Below, in pieces: positions 45,239 to 57,452 of a stretch of 64,000 nucleotides of DNA. The notes under the pieces are model-generated. The model was not told the origin of the DNA. It did no database searches and worked only from the letters and a program-made list of their open reading frames with translations. Position 1 is the stretch's first letter, and each line of letters begins with the position of its first letter. The stretch is from an uncultured Gammaproteobacteria bacterium. GTDB lineage: Bacteria > Pseudomonadota > Gammaproteobacteria > Steroidobacterales > Steroidobacteraceae. Made by a program: the position numbers and the translations under genes. The stretch is taken from the NCBI GenBank assembly GCA_963819835.1, contig CAWFXR010000004.1, forward strand, positions 86,443-150,442, given 5' to 3'.

Positions 45239-45245
45239 GGCTCGA

Positions 45246-45281
45246 GCGCTGCGCTCCCTGCACGAAGCGGGAGTGCAGCGC
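45246..45281 (+). terminator. Candidate terminator hairpin after the amidohydrolase gene
   Basis: 13 bp stem with one mismatch (GCGCTGCGCTCCC / GGGAGTGCAGCGC) and a 10 nt loop, 8 nt after the stop. There is no U tract. Confidence 0.3.
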
Positions 45282-45349
45282 CAGCCGTGCGCCGCCTACT
45301 TGCCCGCTTCGAGGCGGACGCGGACCCCATACGCTTCGAACAGCCGAGC

Positions 45350-45432
45350 GACTGCTCGTGGCTGCTCTGGCTGGACTTGGCTGGTGTGGCCCCAGCCTGG
45401 CGGGAGGGTGGAGCGGGTGATGGGAATCGAAC
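45350..45432 (-). repeat. Partial copy B: 24 nt of the tRNA-Gly 3' end plus ~59 nt of its downstream flank
   Basis: Aligns with 47837-47919, with scattered mismatches. Similarity stops inside the T-arm, so it cannot form a tRNA. Confidence 0.75.
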
Positions 45433-45722
45433 ACAAGTGAGTCGGCCCGCTCCCCTCGCCAGATCAATCACTTACAGATCGTGCGACTGCCGCGTGTGAT
45501 TGACGTGTGAATGTCCAGCGAACCATCCCTGGCGAAAGAACAGCGCCCCAATAGCGGACGCTGTAAGCCCGGGATCGACCCTATGGAGACCGTCGCCCAC
45601 GTCCGCTTCCAGGCGAGCGCTCAATTGCGAGTCACCAAATAGAGCGGCGCATCCTTCATGCGGGCGCGATATCGGCGCGCCGCGAGCACTCCCACCAGCC
45701 GCGCGCCGGCGGCGCTCGCCTG

Positions 45723-47592
45723 TCACTGGCACTGGAAATCGTCTGCGCCCACGGGCTTGCAGCCATCGCCCCACTTGCCGGTCTGCCGCCAGTAATCGGC
45801 CAATCCCGTTTCGATCAGCAGTTTCTTGAATTCGGGATGGCCACGAAGGCCGGAATAGGGGGCAAGCCACAACGTGAAGTAGTCGAGGTAAGGCATGTGG
45901 CCTTCCTTGAAGCCCTGCCTGCCTTCCATGGATTCGCCGCATCTCGGCCGCAGCCAGGTCCGCGTCACCCAGTGCGTCGGCCAGAAACAGGATCTCCTGG
46001 TTGCCGCGGTTGGCGGGATCTGCGGCGGCGTTGCGCAGGATTGCGAGCATGGCGTCGCGATCGTGCAGCACGGCCCCGAGGTCGCGGAAGAACGGCGGAT
46101 AGCGGTCTCCAAAGTCTTGCACCAGTCGGCGATGCAGTTCGCGTAGTGCCTTGAGGTCGGCATCCTTGTGAGCCAGCAAGCGCAGGAAGGCGGCCCAGGC
46201 CGGCTGAAAATCGCTGCCTTCCAGCGCCAGGCTGCGCCGGTATTCGGCTTCTGCCTCATCGTAGCGGCGGGCGGCGGTGTAGTCGTATTGAAGGCCTGTG
46301 GAAACGTACCTCGACAACGGTTCGATCGCCCTCAACTGCTCGTCCAGCGCCACGGTTTCGTCGAGATGACCCGCGGCGAAGATCAGGTTGGCGTACGGAT
46401 AGGCGTGTTCGAAGGTCGGCGGCCCGCTGTCCTTGATCTCCTTGGCAACGGCGATGGCTTCGGCCCGCTTGCCTTCGCGCCACAGGCTGTAGGCGCGTTC
46501 GCGTTTCACGCTCCAGTGGTCAGGCGCCAGTTCGGCGATGCGTGAGCGGATCTGCTCGACTTCGGTGCGCAACTGCGCGGCCTGCGCGCCGTCGACCCAG
46601 CCGGCAAGCTCTTCCAGTGAAATGGCCAATGCATCCCAGGCCAGCACGAATTTCGGGTCGAACGCCACGGCCTCGCGCGCCAGTTGCACGCGCTGGCGTT
46701 CGTACTTCGCGCCCAACTGATCCGCAAGGACAAGTTGCCGCCAACGCAGGTAGCGGTCGTAGGCGTCGATGTTGGTGGTACCGCCCTGTGCGCGATTCAG
46801 CGTCACCGCGTCGAGCGTGACCGAAAGTGCCTGCGCCACGTCGCGTGCGATTTCATCCTGCACTGTGAATACGTCGCGCATTTCGCGTGCATAGGTCTTC
46901 GACCACAGGTGCGTCCCGTCGCTGGCGCGGACAAGCTGCGCGGTGATGCGTAACTGGTCGCCGTCTTTGCGCACGCTCCCTTCCAGCAGGTGTGCCACGC
47001 CGAGCTTGGCGCCGATGGTGCGCAGGTCCTCGTTCTTGCCCTTGAACGAGAAACTCGAGGTGCGTCCGACCAACCGCAGCGCCGGCACCTGTGCAAGCTG
47101 GTTGAGGATTTCCTCGGCCAGGCCGTCGCCCAGGTATTCCTGGTCGTGCGCCTGCGAGAGGTCGGCAAAGGGCAGCACCGCCACGGAGGGCCGTGCATCT
47201 GAGACCGCGGATGATGGGGGCGTTTCAGTCGTGTTTGCCATCGTCGGGGCTGCGTCGTTACCAGCTTCGCTGGCGTGCTGGTAGTACCAGAACGCCCCGC
47301 CGCCGAGCAGCAGTAGCAGCGTGAGGATCGCGATCTCGGGAACGGTGATCCGTTGGTGACCGCGATCGCCGTGGTACCAGGCCAGCACGAGGACTACGGT
47401 CAAGCCGATCAGCAGTGCGAGGGTGGCGAGTTGCTGGATCTGTTCCGGCCAGTGGAAGGTGTCCGTGACGTACGCGAGGCCCTGCAGGAATCCCCAGGCT
47501 CCCGCGACGTAGACAATGCCCCACTGCACCACCTTGCGGCGGGTCAGTCTGGCCCAAATGCTATCGCTCTCCGCCTCGCTCGCGTCGGTCAC
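45723..47592 (-). pseudogene. Membrane-anchored TPR-repeat protein, one frame disruption near the C-terminus
   Basis: N-terminal TM helices, a PSVAVLPFADLS...LGDGLAEEI region and TPR-like repeats lie in ORF 45472-47592. The conserved C-terminus (GHPEFKKLLIETGLADYWRQTGKWGDGCKPVGADDFQCQ*) lies in ORF 45723-46259. The frame switch is within about 45920-45960. Confidence 0.65.
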
Positions 47593-47895
47593 GCGGTCCT
47601 CCCTGTCGCGACCGAGTGTAGCGGAGTTACCAGTCGGAGGACTCTGGAGTGTCCGGTTCCGGGTCGCTCAGGTCATGGCATCAGGGACCGCTCCTGGCCG
47701 ATCTTACGCGTTCGCGAACGTCCGCTTCCATGGCGAAGTCGGGCCCGCTTGAATCGTGAAAGGCCGCTGCTGCGTGTGAGTGCCGCGCCAGTATCAGCCA
47801 GCGCCGGCCAGCGTTGCGCGCGTCCTGGCGCCGTGCGACTTCTCTAGCTTGATCTGGCTGGACTTGGCTGACGTCGTCTCAGCCTGGCGGGAAAG

Positions 47896-47969
47896 TGGAG
47901 CGGGTGATGGGAATCGAACCCACGTTAGTAGCTTGGGAAGCTACAGTTCTACCATTGAACTACACCCGC
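47896..47969 (-). tRNA. tRNA-Gly, anticodon CCC
   Basis: 74 nt folded by hand: acceptor GCGGGTG/CACCCGC, D arm GTTC-AATGGTA-GAAC, anticodon arm GTAGC-TTCCCAA-GCTAC, T arm GTGGG-TTCGATT-CCCAT, and an encoded CCA. Confidence 0.9.
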
Positions 47970-48225
47970 TGATCGATGCGGATTCTATGCAGGATTCTGG
48001 CGGTCAGCAAACCACGGCTCTGACCCTGACCGCTGGACTGGTGGTCCGGCGATAATCGGGTGGCCCAGCTATCGCCACGGGAAACCTGCCTGGAAACGCC
48101 CGCGTCGTCGAGTTCGAGCAGCGCCGGGTTCTTTGTTCGCTCGAACGGATTGCCGAAAGAGAACGGCGGCACCTGAAACGCCGCCGTTCGCTCGTGTACT
48201 CAGCCCGGTACCAGCTGGTCGATGC

Positions 48226-50200
<1,975 letters not shown>

Positions 50201-50300
50201 ACATTGGTAATCGACGAGCGGTCGAACAGGTGGTGCGGCGGCCGGCACAGGCCGATCAGTCTGCTGGACCGTGGCGAACGTCCAGCGATCGAAGCGCTGC

Positions 50301-51224
50301 CTAGACGTTCAGCAGTTTCTCGATGTGGGTGGCGGCACTGGTGGCCAGCGCCGGCAGGTCGTACCCCCCCTCCAGCGTCGAGACGATTCTCCCCTGGCCA
50401 TGGCGCTCGGCGACCGCGCAGACCTGCTCGGTGATCCAGCCGTAATCGAAGCGGGTCAGGCGAAGATCCGCCATCGGGTCGGCGTCGTGCGCGTCGAATC
50501 CCGCCGAGATGAACAGCATCCGCGGTGCGAACGCCTCCAGCGCGGGCAGCCACTGCTCGGTGACGGCCTTGCGGAACTCGTCACCACCACTGCCCGGCGG
50601 CAGCGGGCAGTTGACGATGCGACCGGGTACCGAGATCGGGTTCATGTCCGGGTACAGCGGAAACTGGTAGCTCGAGCAGAGCAGCACCCGCTCGTCGTTC
50701 CTGAAGATGTCCTCGGTGCCGTTGCCCAGGTGCACGTCGAAATCGAGGATCGCGACGCGCTCGAGTCCGTGTGCCTCGAGCGCATGGGCCGCGCCGACCG
50801 CGACGTTGTTGAAGAAGCAGAATCCCATGGCCCGGTCGCGCTCGGCGTGGTGACCAGGCGGCCGGACATTGCAGAAAGCACGGCGCACCGCACCCGACAG
50901 CACCAGATCCACCGCCAGGACGTTCGCACCTGCGGCGCGCAACGCCGCCTCCAGCGTCTCCGGGCACATTGCCGTATCCGGGTCGAGGTACGCCAGGCCC
51001 TCCTCCGGCGACTTCATGCTGATGCGCTCTATGTATTCCCTCGGATGCACGCGCGCCAGCTGCTCGACCGTGGCCCGCGGCGCGTCGTGGTGCACCAGGA
51101 AGTCATCGAGGCGGCGGGCAAGCAATTGGTCCGCGATGGCGCCGATTCGCGCCGGCTGCTCCGGGTGCCCCTCGGCCATCCGGTGCAGGCGGCAGGCCGG
51201 GTGCGAAATCAAGGCAACAGGCAT
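50301..51224 (-). CDS. Histone-deacetylase-family (class II/AcuC-like) deacetylase
   Basis: 307 aa from the internal ATG at 51224. Motifs RPPGHHA, DFDVHLGNGT and EGGY. Confidence 0.9.
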   Translation of the reverse strand: MPVALISHPACRLHRMAEGHPEQPARIGAIADQLLARRLDDFLVHHDAPRATVEQLARVHPREYIERISMKSPEEGLAYLDPDTAMCPETLEAALRAAGANVLAVDLVLSGAVRRAFCNVRPPGHHAERDRAMGFCFFNNVAVGAAHALEAHGLERVAILDFDVHLGNGTEDIFRNDERVLLCSSYQFPLYPDMNPISVPGRIVNCPLPPGSGGDEFRKAVTEQWLPALEAFAPRMLFISAGFDAHDADPMADLRLTRFDYGWITEQVCAVAERHGQGRIVSTLEGGYDLPALATSAATHIEKLLNV

Positions 51225-51279
51225 CGACACCCCCCAATTGCGCTCACTCACAGTGAATGTTCGCAGACACGACGCTAGC

Positions 51280-54024
51280 ATGCATAGTCGAGTCCAGCCG
51301 TCCCGAGGTCGAGTCGTGTCCAGAGCCCGGATCGCAGCCATATTCAAGCCGAGTTCGATCGCGCTGGTGGGTGCCAGCGATCGACCCGGCACGCTTGGCG
51401 ACCTGATCCGGCGGAATCTCGAGGCGACCGGGTTCAAGGGCCGAGTGGAATACGTCAGCTCCGTTCACGAGGAAATTGCCGGGCGGCCGGCGTTCCGCAG
51501 CCTCCGGGACCTGCCTCAGCCAACCGACGTCGCGGTCATCGTGACGCCCGCCGCGACGGTCCCGCAGGTCATCACGGACTGCGGCGAGGCGGGCATCCAC
51601 GGCGCGATCATCGTGTCGGCGGGTTTCCGGGACGGCGGCGAAGCGGGTCGCGAGCTCGAAGCAGAAGTGAAGCGTCGGGCGCGCCACCACGGCGTCCGCT
51701 TCCTCGGCCCGAACAGCCTCGGGCTGATCCGTACCGACGTGGCGCTCAATGCCGCGTGCGGCCCGCGCCAGCCACGGCCGGGCCGGCTGGCGCTGGTTTC
51801 CCAGTCGGGTGCGCTCTGCGCCGCGGTCATCGACTGGGCACGCGGCCGCCAGGTGGGCTTCTCGACGGTCATCTCGACGGGAATCGGTGCCGACATTACC
51901 CTGGGCGAGATCCTGAACTACCTTGTCCAGGACGCCGCGACCGACAGCATCATGCTCTACACCGAGGGCATCGATGACGCACGCAGCTTCATGAGCGCAC
52001 TGCGGGCGGCGGCGCGTGTGAAACCAGTCGTGGTGATGAAGGCGGGCCGCCACGCGGAACGGCCCGACGTCGCGGCTTTTCACACGGGATCGATGGTCGG
52101 GGCGGATGACGTGTTCGACGCGGCGATGCGTCGCGCGGGCGTACTGCGGATCCGGGACCTCTACGACCTGTTCACGGCGGCAGCAACGCTGGGCGCCGGC
52201 GCGCGCGTGCGTGGGCGCAGGCTTGCGATCGTCTCGAATGCCGGCGCTCCCGGTGCGCTCGCCGCGGACCATGCAGGCGATCGCCGGCTGCAATTGCCGA
52301 TGCTTGCCGAGGACACTGCGCAACGACTGCAGGCGCTGCTGCCCACCGGCAACGCGCAGGCGAACCCGGTCTACGTCCGCGCCGACGCCGATGCCAGGCA
52401 ATTTGCGTCTGTCGCACGTATCGTCCTCGACGATCCCGGCGTGGACGCGATGCTGGCGATCCTCACGCCCTACGCACTGTCGCAGCCTGACGCGCTCGCG
52501 ACCGAGCTGGTGGCGATCGCCAGCGGGCACCGCAAGTCGGTGTTCGCCTGCTGGATGGGGGGAGAATCCGTGGCGTTGAGCCGCGACATATTCGCGGACC
52601 ACAGGCTACCGAGCTACTCGACGCCCGAGTCCGCGGTCGATGCGATTGCCGCGCTTGCTCTCCATGCGGCGAACCAGGAACAGTTGCTGCAGGTGCCGGA
52701 GCCGCTGGGACCTGCGTCTGCTCCGGACCGTGCAGCCGCCCAGGCCATCATCGACGCCGCATTGGAATCGGGCCAGGAGTGGCTGGACCCCGCGCAGTCG
52801 AAGAGCGTCCTTGCAGCTTTCGGAATCCCCGTCGTTCAAGGCGCTCGCGCGGCTTCGTCATCGGAAGCGGTGAAGGCAGCGCGGCGCGTGGGTTTCCCGG
52901 TCGCGATGAAAATCCTGTCGCCGGACATTCCTCACAAGACCGATGTCGGGGGCGTTCGACTTGGCCTGGCGGACGAGGCCGCGGTCCGCAGCGCCTATAC
53001 GGCGATGCGGAAGCAGGTCGCCCGCGCACGACCGGACGCGACGCTCGAGGGCGTGCTGATCGAGTCCATGTACGGCCAGGGCCAGGGTCGCGAGGTGATG
53101 ATCGGCGTGGTGCGCGATCCGGTGTTCGGCCCGGCGATCAGCTTCGGGCTCGGTGGGACGCTCGTCGAAGTCGTGCGCGATCGGGCCGTCGCTCTTCCGC
53201 CGCTCAATACGTTCCTGGTGCGCGACCTGATCAGTCGCACGCGTGCGAGCATCGCGCTGCAGCCCTTGCGTGGTGCACCTGCCGCGGACCAGGAGGCCGT
53301 CGAGAACATCCTGCTCAGGGTCTCCGAGCTCGTCTGCGAGATGCCGGACATCGGCGCGATCGACCTGAACCCGGTCATCGTCACGGAACGAGGCGCGGTC
53401 GTCGTCGATGCGCGGCTTGGCGTCCTGCGCAGCCCGCCTGCGGCACTGCCGTACGCGCACGTCGCAATCCATCCGTATCCGAGCGGGCTGGTGGAGCGCA
53501 TCGAGCTGCAGGGCGGCACGGTTGCGACGATCCGGCCAATCCGCCCGGAAGACGCGGCGATCGAGGTCGCATTCGTGCACGGCCTGTCGGAACAGTCGAG
53601 GTTCCTGCGCTTCATGTTCACCGTCCACGATCTGATGCCGGCGCAACTCTCGCGATTCACGCAGATCGACTACGACCGGGAAATGGCCCTGATTGCGGTG
53701 ATCGATACGCCGGCCGGGGAGAAGCAGATCGGCGTCGCCCGATACATCACGCTTGCGGACGAAGAGACCTGCGAGTTCGCGATCGTGGTCGGCGACGACT
53801 GGCAGGGCAAGGGGCTCGCGCGCCGGCTGTTCGGCATGCTGATAGACATCGCGCGCAGCCGCAGGCTGAAGGTGATGACCGGGGTGACGCTGCGGGAGAA
53901 CACTCGAATGCTCGACCTGGCCCGCGCGAAGGGTTTTGGAATCAAGACGGACGAGGACGACGCGTCGCTGATCCAGATGACGCTGGACCTGCAGGCGCCG
54001 CCGCCTGCGCGAACTGACATATGA
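51280..54024 (+). CDS. pat: Pat/PatZ-type protein lysine acetyltransferase (ADP-forming acyl-CoA synthetase-like domains + GNAT)
   Basis: 914 aa from the ATG at 51280. CoA-binding N-terminus (IALVGASDRPGTLG), ATP-grasp middle and C-terminal GNAT (WQGKGLARRLFGML). Confidence 0.85.
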   Translation: MHSRVQPSRGRVVSRARIAAIFKPSSIALVGASDRPGTLGDLIRRNLEATGFKGRVEYVSSVHEEIAGRPAFRSLRDLPQPTDVAVIVTPAATVPQVITDCGEAGIHGAIIVSAGFRDGGEAGRELEAEVKRRARHHGVRFLGPNSLGLIRTDVALNAACGPRQPRPGRLALVSQSGALCAAVIDWARGRQVGFSTVISTGIGADITLGEILNYLVQDAATDSIMLYTEGIDDARSFMSALRAAARVKPVVVMKAGRHAERPDVAAFHTGSMVGADDVFDAAMRRAGVLRIRDLYDLFTAAATLGAGARVRGRRLAIVSNAGAPGALAADHAGDRRLQLPMLAEDTAQRLQALLPTGNAQANPVYVRADADARQFASVARIVLDDPGVDAMLAILTPYALSQPDALATELVAIASGHRKSVFACWMGGESVALSRDIFADHRLPSYSTPESAVDAIAALALHAANQEQLLQVPEPLGPASAPDRAAAQAIIDAALESGQEWLDPAQSKSVLAAFGIPVVQGARAASSSEAVKAARRVGFPVAMKILSPDIPHKTDVGGVRLGLADEAAVRSAYTAMRKQVARARPDATLEGVLIESMYGQGQGREVMIGVVRDPVFGPAISFGLGGTLVEVVRDRAVALPPLNTFLVRDLISRTRASIALQPLRGAPAADQEAVENILLRVSELVCEMPDIGAIDLNPVIVTERGAVVVDARLGVLRSPPAALPYAHVAIHPYPSGLVERIELQGGTVATIRPIRPEDAAIEVAFVHGLSEQSRFLRFMFTVHDLMPAQLSRFTQIDYDREMALIAVIDTPAGEKQIGVARYITLADEETCEFAIVVGDDWQGKGLARRLFGMLIDIARSRRLKVMTGVTLRENTRMLDLARAKGFGIKTDEDDASLIQMTLDLQAPPPARTDI

Positions 54025-54064
54025 TTGAGGCTCCGCCGATCCAGGCGACCAGCAGTGGCAGGGA

Positions 54065-55180
54065 ATGATGTCCACGCACAGCACCCACTTGCTCTACGGA
54101 GCCCAATGCTCCGGCTACACGGCCCGGGCCCGCGCCTACCTGATCAAGAAGAGCATCGCGCATGTCGAGCGCGTCCCGAGTGGCTGGACGTACCTGGTCA
54201 CGATCCGACGCAGGTTCGGACAGGCGACGATCCCGTTGCTGGTCACGCCCGCAGGGGAATGGTTAGTGGACAGCAACCTGATCATCGACCGGCTGGAGCA
54301 GGATTTTCCCAGGGACCCGGTCACCCCGCCCGATCCCGTGCACGCGCTCTTCAGCATGCTGGCCGACGCATGGGCCACCGAGATGTGGCTGCCGGTCATC
54401 ATGGGCACGCGCTGGCGTGATGCCGGGATCAACTACCCGCCGTGGCGGGAGGAGATCGGCGAGGGGTTCTTCGTCGGGCTGCCCAAGTTCGTCAAGAACG
54501 CGCTGGTGGATCGCATCGCGCGCACCTTCTCGGGCTACCTGCCGATCCTCGGTGTGACCGACGAGACCTGGCCGTTGCTCGAGGCCTGGATGTTCCGGAT
54601 GCTGGACGCGCTGGACCTGCATTTTGCGGCGCACCCATATGTGCTGGGCGAGCGTGCAACGCGCGCTGATTTCGGCCTGATGCTGCCGATGTACTGTCAC
54701 CTGACCCACGATCCGAGCAGCCGGTCCTACGTGCAGCAGCGGCCGCACCTGTACCGCTGGGTCTGGCGCATGCACCAGCCCTATCCGACGGACGTCGCGC
54801 CGCCGCTGCCGGCCGTTGGAGCGCCGCTGCCGGCAACGCTGGACCCTATCGTACGCAGCATCGTCGACGACATGCTGCCGATGGCAGAAGCCACGCTTGC
54901 CGCGCTGCGGCCGGTGCTGGCCCGGTCCTCGTCCGGCGACAAGCTGCCCCGCCACCTGCCTGGTGTCGAGTATCCGTTCGGCAGCGGCCGACATCGCCGC
55001 CTGGGTTTCGTGATACTGCTCTGGTACCTGCAGCGCGCACGCGACCTGGTGGCCGGGATGTCGCCGGCCGACGCCGAGCGCTGCCGCGGCTGGCTCTCCA
55101 CGGTTGGCGGCGATCGCCTGCTGCAGATGGAGATTCCGCGACTGCGATTGTGCGCCGGCACGACCGTGGCGCTGGCCTAG
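54065..55180 (+). CDS. Glutathione S-transferase-like protein
   Basis: Thioredoxin-like N-terminus (LYGAQCSGYTARARAYL, IPLLV) and helical C-terminal domain. Confidence 0.65.
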   Translation: MMSTHSTHLLYGAQCSGYTARARAYLIKKSIAHVERVPSGWTYLVTIRRRFGQATIPLLVTPAGEWLVDSNLIIDRLEQDFPRDPVTPPDPVHALFSMLADAWATEMWLPVIMGTRWRDAGINYPPWREEIGEGFFVGLPKFVKNALVDRIARTFSGYLPILGVTDETWPLLEAWMFRMLDALDLHFAAHPYVLGERATRADFGLMLPMYCHLTHDPSSRSYVQQRPHLYRWVWRMHQPYPTDVAPPLPAVGAPLPATLDPIVRSIVDDMLPMAEATLAALRPVLARSSSGDKLPRHLPGVEYPFGSGRHRRLGFVILLWYLQRARDLVAGMSPADAERCRGWLSTVGGDRLLQMEIPRLRLCAGTTVALA

Positions 55181-55224
55181 ATACTGTCGAAATCGGGCAG
55201 GACTGGCGACAGGAGGAGCGAGCG

Positions 55225-55992
55225 ATGAAACTGACCACGGAGCGGCTCGAGGCGAGACGCCCCTTCCAGCAGTGGCGGTTTCTGCAACTGCTGCTGGTGT
55301 TCATCTTCTGGATGCTGGTCTATCCGCGGATGGAGCGCTCCTGGGCGGCGCACGTGGTCCTGCAGGTGCTGCTGCTCGACCTGTTGCTGGTCACGATCTG
55401 GGCCACGCCGCAGTGGGGCCGCGTTCACCGCGTGCTGATCGGTTTCCTGCTGCTTGCAATTGGCGCGTCGATCATCGACCACCTGCACCTGCCGCCGGAG
55501 TGGAGTCGCATGGACGAGACTGCGCAGGGGCTGCTGCATCTGCCGATCCTCGCGGCCTGCGTGGTCGGGATACTCACGTTCGTGTTCCGGGCCGAGCGAC
55601 CCACGCTGGACGGAATCTTCGCGACCATCGTGGTCTACCTGCTGGTGGCATTGATGTTCGGCGAGTTGTACAGGATCACCATGGTCTGGAACCCGGAGGC
55701 CCTGCACCTGACCGTGCCGCTGGACCAGTTGACGCCGCAGGCCCTCGGCGGCGAGCTGCTGTACTTCAGCATCGTAACGATGTCGACGGTCGGCTACGGC
55801 GACGTGCTGCCGACGTCGGAATTCACGCGCATGACCGCGGCAATCCAGGCGGTCTTCGGCCAGTTCTACGTCGCCGTGGTCGTGGCGGTGTTCGTCGGCA
55901 TGTATGCGGCGCAGACCCAGGACGAAATCAGGTCGCGGCGCGCGCACTCGCGTCACGACGACGACCCGCAGGGACCCGACCCGTCGCGATGA
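55225..55992 (+). CDS. Potassium channel family protein
   Basis: TVGYGD selectivity filter. AGGAGGAG SD before the ATG at 55225. Confidence 0.85.
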   Translation: MKLTTERLEARRPFQQWRFLQLLLVFIFWMLVYPRMERSWAAHVVLQVLLLDLLLVTIWATPQWGRVHRVLIGFLLLAIGASIIDHLHLPPEWSRMDETAQGLLHLPILAACVVGILTFVFRAERPTLDGIFATIVVYLLVALMFGELYRITMVWNPEALHLTVPLDQLTPQALGGELLYFSIVTMSTVGYGDVLPTSEFTRMTAAIQAVFGQFYVAVVVAVFVGMYAAQTQDEIRSRRAHSRHDDDPQGPDPSR

Positions 55993-56015
55993 GCGGCTCC
56001 GGCCGGGACACGGCC

Positions 56016-57452
56016 TCAGTGCCGTGGATTTCCAGCCAGCGTCGTCGCGAGCACGTACCAGTGCTCGAGTCCCGCGTAGAACGACGCGACCGCTATCCGC
56101 TCGTTCAGCCCGTGCGAGAACTCGTCGCTGCCCTTGATGAACAGGCTGCTGACGCCGTAGGTCGGGATGCCTGCCGCGCGGAAGCGCGAACCGTCGGTCG
56201 CATAGGCCGCCATCTCCGGTACGATCGGCACGCCTGGATAATTGGCGTGCACGGCCTTGTTCACTGCCGCCACGACGTCGGGTCTCATCGGTGAAGGGTC
56301 GCTCGGGCGCGCGGTGCCGACCTCGGTCACGTCGACCTTGTCGCCGGCGACTCGCTGCAGCGTGGCCAGGATTTCTTCGACGGGCACGCCGGGGAATACG
56401 CGGCAGTTCACGGTCGCAGTCGCCGATTGCGGCAGTGCGTTCTCCGCGTGGCCGCCCTTCAGCATCGTCGCAACGCAGGTGGTGCGAACCTTTCCGACCT
56501 GCTGTGGATTGGCCGACAGCACGTCGGCGGCAGCCGTATCGTGCGGATCGGCAGCAAACGTCGCCATCGCCTCACCGAGCGGTCCCGGAGTCTCCTTTGC
56601 GGACTCCCTGAAGCTCCCGATCGTCCAGTCGTTCCACATCACCGGGAAGCGATAGGCCTTCAGCGCCTCCAATGCGTCGGCGAGTTCATAGATGGCATTG
56701 TCCGCCCGTGGCTGCGAGCTGTGGCCGCCGGGATTGTGTGTCGTCAGGTCGAAGCTCGCGTAGTACTTCTCGGCGCCCTGAATGTAGTAGACCTCCGCCC
56801 TGCCGGTGACGTCGTTCAGCACGCCCTGCCCGCCGTCGCCGTTCAGCGCGAATTCCGCGCCCTTGAGTCGTATCGCGAGGTCGCCCGCGGTATCCATCGC
56901 CGTCTCCTCGTCGCCGGAAAATGCGATCACCAGGTCGCGCGACGGCACGAAGCCCTCGGCCTTGAGCCGCAGGAACGTCGTGGTGAGCAACGCGACTTCC
57001 TGCTTCACGTCCGCGGTTCCGCGGCCGTGGAAGTAACCGTTCTCCTCGACGAGCGTGAACGGATCGCGCTTCCAGTCGGCGGGATTCGCCTCGACGACGT
57101 CCATGTGCGCGAGGAAGACGATCGGCTTCGCGGCGGGATCGGCGCCACGGTAGCGAACCACCAGCGATGCCGTCTCGCCGTGCGGGAGGATCTCGATGTC
57201 CTCCGCCGCAAAACCGCCCGCCTGGAACCTGCCGGCCAGGTACTTCGCCATCACCGGCACCTGGCCGCGGCCGGCCACCGTCTGGAAGCCGATCAGCGTC
57301 TGGAAGATGTCGTGCGCCTCGGCCCGCACGGATCCGGGCGCAGCAACCTCGGCGGTGACGGCTTTCATTTCATCCGCATTCGCAGCGCACGCTAGCAGAG
57401 TTACGCCGGCGACCAGCGCCGACGTCACAATCCTCGTTGCGCGCATCCTCAT
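56016..57452 (-). CDS. M20-family metallopeptidase, secreted
   Basis: Signal peptide and motifs [13 protein letters not shown] and SGDEE. The start overlaps the rhlE stop (ATGA). Confidence 0.85.
   Translation of the reverse strand: MRMRATRIVTSALVAGVTLLACAANADEMKAVTAEVAAPGSVRAEAHDIFQTLIGFQTVAGRGQVPVMAKYLAGRFQAGGFAAEDIEILPHGETASLVVRYRGADPAAKPIVFLAHMDVVEANPADWKRDPFTLVEENGYFHGRGTADVKQEVALLTTTFLRLKAEGFVPSRDLVIAFSGDEETAMDTAGDLAIRLKGAEFALNGDGGQGVLNDVTGRAEVYYIQGAEKYYASFDLTTHNPGGHSSQPRADNAIYELADALEALKAYRFPVMWNDWTIGSFRESAKETPGPLGEAMATFAADPHDTAAADVLSANPQQVGKVRTTCVATMLKGGHAENALPQSATATVNCRVFPGVPVEEILATLQRVAGDKVDVTEVGTARPSDPSPMRPDVVAAVNKAVHANYPGVPIVPEMAAYATDGSRFRAAGIPTYGVSSLFIKGSDEFSHGLNERIAVASFYAGLEHWYVLATTLAGNPRH

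Noticed and set aside
45472-45722. C-terminal 80+ residues of the 706 aa ORF 45472-47592 taken as genuine coding sequence.
   Set aside because: This tail is Arg/Gly-rich and unconserved-looking. The conserved C-terminus (…GLADYWRQTGKWGDGCKPVGADDFQCQ) lies in another frame and ends at 45723.
43155-47895. An integrase or excisionase expected next to the tRNA-Gly repeats.
   Set aside because: No ORF in any frame shows tyrosine- or serine-recombinase motifs. The intervals are filled by the amidohydrolase and TPR genes. A classical self-mobile island therefore cannot be claimed.
57449-57452. The ATGA overlap coupling rhlE to the M20 peptidase as a functional link.
   Set aside because: Overlapping stop and start codons are common in compact operons. 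I know of no rationale linking a DEAD-box helicase to a secreted peptidase. It is noted only as gene organisation.
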